A DNA stretch of 64,000 bases from Lingula anatina (Eukaryota; Animalia; Brachiopoda). Location: assembly GCA_051362555.1 (NCBI GenBank), contig CM120641.1, forward strand, positions 26,976,401 to 27,040,400. The letters run 5' to 3'. Shown here in pieces: positions 41,101-53,500 of this stretch. The translations under genes were made by a program, and so were the position numbers. The first letter of the stretch is position 1, and each line of letters begins with the position of its first letter. The notes beneath the pieces were generated by a model. The model did not search any database. It had not been told where the DNA came from and was given only the letters and a program-made list of their open reading frames with translations.

Positions 41101-41438
41101 CTACCTTTCCTTGGTAGAATTTTTATTTTGAATTGAAGAGTAAGTGTCCTTGCTATAAACATAGCTCAACCCAGACAGCAAAGTGGTTGCCCCAGTCACA
41201 TACCTATATAATAATAAAACAAGAAAAACTCATATTTTTCATGATTTTCACAATCTACTTTTTCTCAGAAAAACTCTTAAAAACATTAAAAATATTTATC
41301 TACTAGTAAATTCATAGTAGGAACCTGGTAGCAAGACAGTCATAAGACACTGCAGTTGAATACTTTAGAAATTGTATGACAGTCACTGTATAAGAAGGAA
41401 CATTTCTGTAACTTCTGACTATAGTTTATTTCCAATAA

Positions 41439-41473
<35 letters not shown>

Positions 41474-41990
41474 AAGATTAAAACCTACCACATCCCATGC
41501 AATACTGTATGATCCACATAGTTAAAAACTGGAGCTCCGAGTGTAGCAGCAATCAGTGAGATTTGGCAAAATGTATTAAACTGAAACAAACAGTATTTAC
41601 ACTTCATGAAAACTTGGTTTGTATATCCAAAAATAAATGTTCAACTCTGTCTCCCCCTTCCTATTCTTTTTACCTCCGCCAAAAAGGTTATGTTTTCACC
41701 CCTGTTTATCTGTCTGTTTGTTTGTCATCAACATAACTCAAAAAGTTATGGACAGATTTTGATGAAATTTTCAGGAACTGTCAGAAGTGGGCCAAGAAAG
41801 AGATTATTATTATTTGGTGGATCAATAATCAATCAATAATCAAAAATCGCTGTCTTGGCAGAGGTCTGTGCTCTCAGAATGTTTTTCTAGTTTTCTGTTA
41901 TTTTGCTTAGGCCACACTTTTTTATTTTTATGGATGACATCCTCTGGGGACCCCAACATCGGTGCGAGCGGGCGATAAAAAAAAAAAAGT

Positions 41991-42024
<34 letters not shown>

Positions 42025-44493
42025 GCTTAAGAAAAGTTATGTTTTCAGTACACAGCTGGAAACACTAATTTACCACAGAAACACGTATCAAACTAACAAT
42101 ATGTCTTTATCCATGCTCTCAAAATATTAAAGCATTGTGAATAGGGCCTACTTCGTAGAAAGGTAAAAAGTCGAATATATATGCTGCATATTACCAAATC
42201 TATTTAGGGTTATTTCATGCATTCTGTTGGTAAAGCAATCAATAAAACAAATATCAAATAAACAGCGTATCTTTATTTGCACTCTCAGAAAATTAAAGCA
42301 TTGTAAACACTTCAAAGAATTGTTAAAAAAATGAAGCAAAGATAGGCCTATGCTTCCTACTACCAAATCTAAAAAAGGTTATTTCGGTCGATACCATTTT
42401 GTCTACTTCGACTCACACGTAGCAGCCAACTATCGGGTGGCCCGTCCGACCTTCAGTCCACCAAATACCACAACGCTCTTCGCTACAAAAAAAAAACCTG
42501 GTATGTGCTGCTTTGGACAGAATGTCACTGAAATTTTCCGGGCGATGATCGCTGGCCGCGGCCAGCCTTTCGTATAATTGTAAAAGGGTGATATCTCCAT
42601 GTCCAATATCAATGGCAAACCAATCCAAAACGACGGCCCCCGTTCTCTTTATGACTTTAAAGGTATAATAACTCTTCGTTTTGGCCAAAAAATGAATTTT
42701 CCTGGAGTACACAACAATTTTCCCATACTTACCAATGTTTAATGAATCCATTTTTACATTCAAAGTTAGTCCCTGGTTTTTTTCTAAAAAGTTTGGTTTT
42801 TTGTTAAAATCTCTTAAGAGATTATAACAGAGCATAGCTATCAATGGAGGTCACGTGGTCTAAAGACAAGCTCTGATATCAGAATAATAGCTGTAACTGC
42901 CGATTTTGTGGTACAACAGAAAATATTATATTTTTATGAGTTGTTCACAATGTTTTTATTGTGAAATATAGATCTCATACGAAGAGTTATTATCCCTTTA
43001 ATTGTCGTGTATTTTGAAATTAATGCTAGAGATGAATTTGACGGCAAAGCGGCCATATTTCCACGTGGTGATAATGCGCATGCGCAGAAAGCTCATTTTC
43101 CGCACTTGGAACTACTCGGATGTCTCCGCAGTCGACAATGACAGTATGGAGCTTGCGGAATTAGCCGAGGATTGCCGATTGCATTTTCTGGCAAATTCAA
43201 TAATGACGTTTGCGACAACCGACTTCCTTGGGGAGGGGGGGGGGATTTTTTTTTTTTTTTTTTTTGGATAACGGACGAAAATCAGTGCATGCGCAGGATG
43301 TCATCCATAAAAATAAAAAAGTGTGGCCTTAACTATTTGGTGATCTGTAGAGATAAAATCAAAAAGTTGTTACAAAAAATTCATACTTACTTTGCTTAAC
43401 ACAGTTGGGTTCACATTGTGTGATGATAATGAAGGATTGAATATTCTGGAAAGGGTTTTCTGAAAAAGATTCAAACATCAAAAAATGCTTCAGAAGTGAT
43501 CTAATTGTAAAATGTGCACTGACTACTTTTATTGTTTTGAAGAATTAAAAAAAATCCTGAAGTTTAACTGATTGTTAAAACAATTTATTTAATGTACCAT
43601 AACACCACTTTCATAAACAAGGAGTTCATCCTAGAGAGTAGATTGACTGTAGCATTTTTACCAGTTAATATACTTCTATACTTACTGGAGGGGGCAACAT
43701 TCTGTATCTGATATAGATTCCCCCTGTCAGCAAAGCTACATCTCTGCCAATGATCAAAGCAGCAAGGGGGACTAGAGGAAAAAATAATATATATTTATAC
43801 ATTTATCTTTCTTCTCACCATTCTCATATTACAATAATGACAGATGAAAATAAATTACATATTTCACAAGTCTCACTTTTCCAAAAGTTAACTTTTAGTA
43901 AATCACGAACACTGATCACTTTTCAGAACTTTTAAATGAATCCCTTGCAGATATTACAAATAAACTGAGCAAAATTATATATTAACTCATACAAAGTGAA
44001 TCTTATTGTTCAATGTGCCACAGATTAACATCAGCTCATTTGGATTCGTCCATTTTATGTTACATAAATAATTCATATGGGTCCTTTTTATTTTTCCTCT
44101 GTGAACAGTTGATTAATTTTGTTCAAATTCAATGACTGTTTCTCCCAATAACAAATAATTTCAGATGCCATGTATTATTATCATTATTATTATTATTATT
44201 AATATTATCATTATTATTGTACACAGCACTGAGATGGAGAGTGTTTGAAAGAACTTATTTATCACTTTTATTGATTACTGTACTACTGCAACACAAAAAT
44301 TGGTGCTTACATTGGCCTGTTGTGGATGGAAGAGCTTTATAAGTGAATACATACATGGAAGCAAGTCCACTTGGGTCAGTGTGACAGTGAGAATGGTCAT
44401 CAAAATCTTGTCCCCCAGTGGATCAATCAGGCTTCCGAGAGCTGACCTCTGGCTGGGGAATTTCCTGGCAATGTAGCCATCTATCTGTGAAAA

Positions 44494-44548
<55 letters not shown>

Positions 44549-47500
44549 ATATGTGGGAATGTCAACTGGTCTTAAAAGCTTGCTCTATTCAATTGAAAGG
44601 AAATTGTGTTCATAGAAATGAAAATAACAAGGCTGAAAGAATTACATGTTCAACAAACGTATATCAAGATAAGGTTCGTGTCTAATGGAGGAATGGACTG
44701 ACAATGCAATTCCTTATATACTTTTTCAATTATGTTTGCTTGTGTGATAATAAAAAACAAGGCAGCAAAGCTGTCAAATGTACAGACAAAAAGCAGGAAA
44801 TAACTATGCACAAAATAGGCTACTGTCAATTCTGATGCAAAAGTACATTATGTTAAACTGCAAATTCAACATCAAATTTTAATTATGCTCAACAGGTAAT
44901 ACCAATGTAAGGAAAACGTGTAACAAGCCTAAGGCTTCAGGCCCATGGGAGTTCAAGTTCACACTTTGAAAATGTATAACTTCCAGAAAAAGAAGCCAAT
45001 TAGACTACTTTTCCAACCCAGGCTGCATTTTAGTCCTGCATTTCTTTTTTGAACATTTGGCAATCATAAGTAACATGGTTTTCCCATAATAATCATGGCA
45101 GCAGCACCCATAATTGTTTTCTTCTATTCTGATGCAATATTACATATTGGTTAACAGCATAATGACCGTCAATTTTTAATAATAAAATATACGTATCATG
45201 GATTTTCAGAAAATGTGACTAGCATGGGTCTTCAAGCATGTAGAACTTCAAAGTCACACCTTGAAAATGCCAATATGTGAAATATGCTGAAAAGTGAAAA
45301 AAAGCATGACTTCTACAATAATGGCCCGATCATGCTGATTTTCGATCTTGACCTGCGTTTTATGAATATTCATCAGCTCTGTAAATATAAAGCCCAAAAG
45401 TAAAACTGCCCTCCACTTATCGTGTTAACAATGAAAGTGCAAGGCGCCGGTGACGGCGGTGACGGCAAAGACAGACGCAGGTGATGGCAATATGTACAGA
45501 CACATTTTTGACACATCTGTACATATTTACTGTACTGTTTGAGAACAGTAAGTGACATGGTTTTTCTTAAATGGTCATCATGGGAGCAGTGCCCAAAATA
45601 GGTTTTTTTCAAATTTTGATGCAATATTACATAATGTTTAACAGTATAATGACCATCAATTTTTAATAATAAAATATTAGTATCATGGATATTCAGAAAA
45701 TGTGACTAGCAAAGGTCTTCAGGCCCATGGAACTTCAAAGTCACAACTAGAAAATGCCAAAATGTAAACAAGACAGCACTGTTCTGAAATGTTTTTTTTT
45801 CCCATTTTTAACAATTTTTAACATAAAACAAAATTAATAGTTTACTGCCATTTTTATATGATCAACTAAGAAAATTGATGAGATGGGAAAAATATCAATA
45901 GAGCAGTGTTAAATGTCCAATTTCTTCCATTCTGAGATTCTGAACATAGTGAATGATTGAATCTGACAAACTGCAATGATATGAGTTTATTTCCACTTTT
46001 GAAACTTTATTACACAATACACGATAACAAATTATATTAACCATCATTTTTACAAAATCAACTAACAATGTTATAAAGATGCAGGAAATGTCAAACAAAC
46101 ACTTTTAATATCTTATTAATTAAATAATGAAACTATTAACATGCCTAAGAATTGAATCTGAGGAAATGTGAAAAAATAACATAACTTCTAAAATAATGGC
46201 CCGATTATGCTGATTTTTTAACTCAACCTGCGTTTTAGCAGGATTGACCACTCCTGTGAGTTTAATGACAATTGGCCTATCTGTTTTTCGTATATTGTGT
46301 TTACAGTGTTGCATATATGCTGAAAAGTGAAAAAAAAGCATAACTACTAAAATAGTGGCCTGATCATGCCAATTTTCGAACTTGACCTGCGTTTTAGTAA
46401 GATAGATTACTCCTGTGAGTTTCATGACAACAGGCCTATCGCTTTTCCTTGGAATGTGTTTACAGTGTTGCATACTAGTATATGCTGAAAAGTGAAAAAA
46501 AAGCATAACTTCTACAATAATGGCCCGATCATGCTACATGTATTTTCGAACTTGACCTGCGTTTTATGAATATTCATCAGCTCTGTAAATATAAAGCCAA
46601 AAAGTAAAACTGCCTTCCACTTATCGTGTTTACAATGAAAGTGCACGGCGCCGGCGCAGGCGACGACAGACGCAGGTGATGGCAATATGTACAGACACAT
46701 CTATATATATATATTTACTGTACTGTTTGAGAACAGTAAGTGACATGGTTTTTCTTAAATGGTCATCATGGGAGCAGTGCCCAAAATAGGTTTTTTTCAA
46801 ATTTTGATGCAATATTACATAATGTTTAACAGCATAATGACCATCAATTTTTAATAATAAAATATTAGTATCAGGGATATTCAGAAAATGTGACTAGCAA
46901 AGGTCTTCAGGCCCATGGAACTTCAAAGTCACAACTAGAAAATGCCAAAATGTAAACAAGACAGCACTGTTCTGAAATGTTTTTTTTTTCCCATTTTTAA
47001 CAATTTTTAACATAAAACAAAATTAATAGTTTACTGCCATTTTTATATGATCAACTAAGAAAATTGATGAGATGGGAAAAATATCAATAGAGCAGTGTTA
47101 AATGTCCAATTTCTTCCATTCTGAGATTCTGAACATAGTGAATGATTGAATCTGACAAACTGCAATGATATGAGTTTATTTCCACTTTTGAAACTTTATT
47201 ACACAATACACGATAACAAATTATATTAACCATCATTTTTACAAAATCAACTAACAATGTTATAAAGATGCAGGAAATGTCAAACAAACACTTTTAATAT
47301 CTTATTAATTAAATAATGAAACTATTAACATGCCTAAGAATTGAATCTGAGGAAATGTGAAAAAATAACATAACTTCTAAAATAATGGCCCGATTATGCT
47401 GATTTTTTAACTCAACCTGCGTTTTAGCAGGATTGACCACTCCTGTGAGTTTAATGACAATTGGCCTATCTGTTTTTCGTATATTGTGTTTACAGTGTTG

Positions 47501-50500
47501 CATATATGCTGAAAAGTGAAAAAAAAGCATAACTACTAAAATAGTGGCCTGATCATGCCAATTTTCGAACTTGACCTGCGTTTTAGTAAGATAGATTACT
47601 CCTGTGAGTTTCATGACAACAGGCCTATCGCTTTTCCTTGGAATGTGTTTACAGTGTTGCATACTAGTATATGCTGAAAAGTGAAAAAAAAGCATAACTT
47701 CTACAATAATGGCCCGATCATGCTACATGTATTTTCGAACTTGACCTGCGTTTTATGAATATTCATCAGCTCTGTAAATATAAAGCCAAAAAGTAAAACT
47801 GCCTTCCACTTATCGTGTTTACAATGAAAGTGCACGGCGCCGGCGCAGGCGACGACAGACGCAGGTGATGGCAATATGTACAGACACATCTATATATATA
47901 TATTTACTGTACTGTTTGAGAACAGTAAGTGACATGGTTTTTCTTAAATGGTCATCATGGGAGCAGTGCCCAAAATAGGTTTTTTTCAAATTTTGATGCA
48001 ATATTACATAATGTTTAACAGCATAATGACCATCAATTTTTAATAATAAAATATTAGTATCAGGGATATTCAGAAAATGTGACTAGCAAAGGTCTTCAGG
48101 CCCATGGAACTTCAAAGTCACAACTAGAAAATGCCAAAATGTAAACAAGACAGCACTGTTCTGAAATGTTTTTTTTCCCATTTTTAACAATTTTTAACAT
48201 AAAACAAAATTAATAGTTTACTGCCATTTTTATATGATCAACTAAGAAAATTGATGAGATGGGAAAAATATCAATAAAGCAGTGTTAAATGTCCAATTTC
48301 TTCCATTCTGAGATTCTGAACATAGTGAATGATTGAATCTGACAAAGTGCAATGATATGAGTTTATTTCCATTTTTGAAACTTTATTACACAATACATGA
48401 TAACAAGTTTACCATCATTTTTACAAAATCAACTAACAATGTTGTAAAGATGCAGGTAATGTCAAACAAAAACTTTTATGTATCTTATTAGTTTAATAAT
48501 GAGACTGTTAACATGCCTAAGAATTGAATCTGAGGAAATGTGAAAAATATGCTGAAAAGTGAAAAAACAGCATAACTTCTACAATAATGGCCCGATCATG
48601 CTGATTTTCAAACTTGACCTGCGTTTTATGAATATTCACCAGCTCTGTAAATATAAAGCCAAAAAGTAAAACTGCCCTCCACTTATCGTGTTTACAAGGA
48701 AAGTGCACGGCATCGGCATCGGCATCGGCGACGACAGACGCAGGTGATGGCAATATGTACAGACACATCTGTGTCTGTACATAAAAACCTTTAAGAACTG
48801 TCAGAATAAGCTGCCATCTTATTTCACTTTTGAATAACTGCTATTAGAGTGAAACAGCAATTAACACTTACTAGAAGAAAAACAAGAATCTTAATGCCTA
48901 GAACCAGCGCACTGGTTATGGAATAACTTGAATGACCACATTTTCAAATCAAATAATGGAAAGAAAAAAATGCAAAAAAGGCAATAATCAATCTTACAGA
49001 TTTTTTACAGATTTTGTTGATGACTTTTTCAATATTTCTCAGTAATACATTCATGTAGTGCAAGTAAAAACAAGACACTGTTGATGGCAGGGCCGAGAAT
49101 TAATTACAGCTTTGGAAGTAACTGGCTCGCGCTGCCCATAATTACGCCGTGGGGTATTCAGGGCACAGACCGTGATCACAAGATACCGCAAATAGATTTT
49201 TAGATTTTTAGAAATAGATTTTTCATGTGAACAGAGCCTAAAACTGACAACAATGCCATCGTGTAATTTAGACAAATAAAACAGTTCACTGATTAGGGAA
49301 TCTCTGCTTTTACTTTTAAAAAATGGTTGAAGTGTGTTTATATTTAAGTCTCTACCATTGTCTAAAGTAATTAAAAAATTGTGACAAAAATATTACATTA
49401 ATAAAAATTAATTTCATCCCCTTCCTCAACCTTATGTCAAAAAATGAGATTTGTTCAAGAAACAAGTAATTAAAGAAATTGTCTTGTAAATGAAAAAAGG
49501 TTACAAAGACTGGGTTCCCATAAACCTATCGTACTAGCAGGATTAATCTTACTCCAGGGGAATCTTGCTAAATTGCAATCAGTTTAAGCAGCTTAAATTT
49601 CTGTCATGCCCACTGAAGCTGCTAGGGGGTAATTAATTTCCGTGCATGCTAAAACTGAATGCGATTTAGTGAGAATCCCCTCGGAGATAGATTGATCCTG
49701 CTAGTACAATAAGGTTATGGGAATGGTCCAAAAGGCACATACCCAATCAGTTGTTCCAGCATAAACAAACAATCCCAAGGCCCAGGTGTAGCTCTCATGC
49801 AGTACTAGGTAGCCAAGGAATGGAGACAGTACTATCCTGGATACTGTAAGGGCATTGGGCACTGTCAGTATGTTTTCTTTCTGAAAAAAAAAATACAATA
49901 TATAAAATAAATTTAACTAAAATTAAAAATAATAAATTGAAATATATCCATTTAAGTAAAATTTAAAAAATAAATTGAAATATATACATTAAAATGAAAT
50001 TTAAAAAAATAAATACTAAATTATTTGAGAAGACTATAATTTCATTTATAGTGCAATATACTTTGGGAGTCTCCCGTGCTTGGGGTGTCACACACGTGGT
50101 TGTTTAACATACTGTCACCACTCAGCTAGCCGCATGCATTCATTACACCACTCAGGGTATTACTGTATGCCCAGTCGCAGGTCAACTCCTTAATTCTTAA
50201 TTACAACGCGTCCACCAAATGCGCCCAGCATCAGATCATCCTGAGCAACCAGACTGCAGATCGAGTCACATACAGATCACAAGAATATCGCCTCAAGATA
50301 ACACAAGACCAGCAGAAGGTAACAAACTTTATTTTCAAACTTAGGTACACAAGAAAGCAACATCATACAGCTTGTATTCCTTTAAAGTTTTATAATTGAT
50401 ATATACCTACATTCACGTAGCAATTTACCTTCCCCCATCTCCAAGCTAGACCATCTCATTGGCAATACACAGTGTAACCACCCATGTTCCTATTTTTCTT

Positions 50501-53500
50501 TATTTATCCCACCTTCAATAATTGCTAACTGTGCTTAAGTATCTATCTCAGTATTTAATCAAGCAACACAGGGTGACTTCCGCTCTCGCCACCAACAACA
50601 ATCAATTATTGTAGCGAGCAAATAACTACTTCCTCTCCTTTCATATAGCAACTATAAATTGAAATAATTGAAATATAAATCCATGTGGAGCATCATTGAC
50701 ATGCGGCAGTCAAAAAATTGAATAAAAACAACTGTAGACTGAGTCTTCAAGGAAACGGAAGCTTGTTTGTGGGCGATTAGATCATAAAATACATGCACCA
50801 AACACAATTAGGGGTGCAAGCTTTAAACCAAAAGCTATTAAGAAAAAATGAATTTAAAATAAATAACTAATTATCATTCATATTTAGTTGTATTAATGGC
50901 TACATGTTTAAGGATGAAATATTAAATGTATCTGTAGAAAAAAGAATAAAAAATATTGAAATAAACTGTTGATAAGTCAGATAAAGTGTTGGTTAGTTGA
51001 CAAAGGAAGAACTGAAGGTTAATAAACAAAATCGATTTTACCTATACGGATAAGATCAAGATGGGAGGAGAAAAATTTAAGAATAGTAAATTGTTGGTAA
51101 GTCATAAGGTGTTGGTCCCATTTAAAAGGACGATACTTTCAGAGCACTGAACAAAAACTTGACATAAGCGGAGGGGTTTACTTAGGTTTAATCATTGCTG
51201 TGACCTACTTCCTGTATGTACACAAGTACTAGTACACACTGACTACAAATAATGTGGCCATACATACTGGCACATGTACATACTAGCTGTATTTAATAAA
51301 AATACAAAGCAACAATAATCTCTGTTCAAAATACTTTTTTACAACAGGTAACACATGTATACTAATTGTGATCTTGAGGAATTTTTTTTTATAGTTAAAA
51401 ATAGATCTGGCGTGCCAAAAGTCCCCTTTACTCATTACGTATACTCATTACTCACTGGAAATTTCCTTTGTAATCTAGAGTTAAAATCACAGGTAGTACA
51501 GCTTAAGTGGATCACTTAGACAAAATCTATCATGAAGAACTACAACATCATCCTGTTCACTCTCCATTTGATACAGCCAATTTTTGCAGCAGTATGTAGG
51601 TGAGTTGTGACCTCTTTTTATCGCATATTTCAGCTAAAAATATCGCTACACCAACTCATTGATCTATTTTGACCGGAATGCCAAATATATCTTATGCATA
51701 ACTTATCAGGGTGTCAAGTTATAACGGACCTTCAGAAAATATGAAAATAGGAAAAAATTTACAAAAAATAGGAAAAAAATAGGTATTTTGTCAAAAAAGT
51801 ATATGAAAAATGGAATAATTCTAAAAGAATGATGGCTTCACAACACCTCTTAAGCCATACCAGGCTAATACACATCTTTAATTGTAGTAAATAACACTAT
51901 TTAGTGTAACAACAATAATTTATCTAACCAATTTACAAACAACAGCATAAAATACTAAAGGCTCTGTCACACCTAGCATAAATATATACATAAGAACTGT
52001 ATGAATGTGATCAATTAAATGCAAAACTGTAAGTAATCATCATTCCCAGGATATAATAAAGATTTAAGCAGCATCTGGAATTGTTTTTTGACATGCCCAA
52101 AATATTTATCCCCCTCTGGCAGGGTGTCAAGTTCCTATTTTTTCCTATTTTTTGGTCTGAAAATGATGTTATGTATCAAGTCGTGTTGGTTATTGGGAAA
52201 AAAAATGAGGATCCCTTAGTCAATATTGAGCTCAAAGTGGATGTTTAGATTCATCCAGTTGTATTCTAATTAGGATAATGAAAAAATTTAATCTGATACT
52301 GTATCTTACTAGAAATGAGAATCACCATGTTTCAAGTAAAATCCAGTATAAGACCCAATTTTAATGTAGCCATTACCTGCATCTGACGTTGCCGTCACAG
52401 TACAATTTCAATGATATAATAAATATGATAAGTGGGAAACCATTGTAGCTTTTGTCTTCAGCCTCAGTACAAAAAAGGCTGGATGAATCTTGTCTTTTTA
52501 GTCAGTGACACTGAAATATGTAGTTTGAATGACTTAAATCTTAAATCATCACAAACCCTTGAATATTATTATATTTTACAGAAAGAACGAAGAGTGCAGT
52601 AAGGACCAATACTGTGATATCATTGGACTTGGACATTGTGTTGATTGTAGTACCATTTGCAATGTCAACACCAATGCCATGCAGAAAGAATGTGAAAGAG
52701 TGTGCCCCGGTGGGTAATTTTTTAGAATACTTAACTCAAAAATAAAATAAAAAGTCAGGTCAAATGGAATGTCTCTCACGGGTTTAAAACATGTTAAGTA
52801 TTTCCCAGAAATTTTCTTCTTTTACCATTACCACACAAAATAAAAGCAATTTCTCAAAAAAGAAAAAAAAAAAAAAAAAACTTTCTAAGAAAGCAATATT
52901 TCATGGTTTCAACCCAAAGCCAATTTGAATCCTAGCAGTAAACAACGAGCTCATTCTCTCCTCTCCATCATACAGTATATATATTACAATAGCACATAAC
53001 AGATGACAGTTCATTTACAGCCATGTTTTTTTACTTCAACAGGTTACATTCAGGCTCAAGCTAATAGGGCTGGTACCACAACGGCACCTTGGGTTATCCC
53101 ATCTGTGGCTACAGCTAATAGGGCTGGTACCACAACGGCACCTTGGGTTATCCCATCTGTGGCTACGGATGTAGCCAATGGGGTTGGTACCACAATGGCA
53201 CCTGAGGTTATGGCAGGTGTGATCACTGGTGCACTGATCGCTGTTGCTGCATTATTTATTGCTGTTGGGGTACTTATCTACTGCCTCAAAAAAGGAAAAA
53301 GGCCATGTAAACGGTACCGCAGAGGTAGGGAAACAGTACTAGTATATCATGTTATCGGAAAACAATATCTCATCTTCATCTTTTTATCTTCATCTATCAT
53401 TTGGAAGAAGAAACATATTGATTTTTACAGTAAAAACATGATTTGTTAAAAATATTTACTTAATGCAGCACTGTCTCCTGTCTATCATGATTTGAAAACC

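Noticed and set aside
45373-48768. Duplicated 128-aa, 67-aa and 62-aa ORFs
   Set aside because: They arise from the 1189-bp tandem repeat and show no protein-like features.
50085-50640. Possible solo LTR in CRLS1 intron 1 (GC-richer block, minus-strand AATAAA)
   Set aside because: I could not define both TG...CA ends or a TSD.
51707-52160. cagggtgtcaagtt repeated twice, with aaaataggaaaa/cctatttt motifs (hAT-like ends)
   Set aside because: The copies are in direct rather than inverted orientation and there is no TSD; probably fragments whose boundaries cannot be supported.
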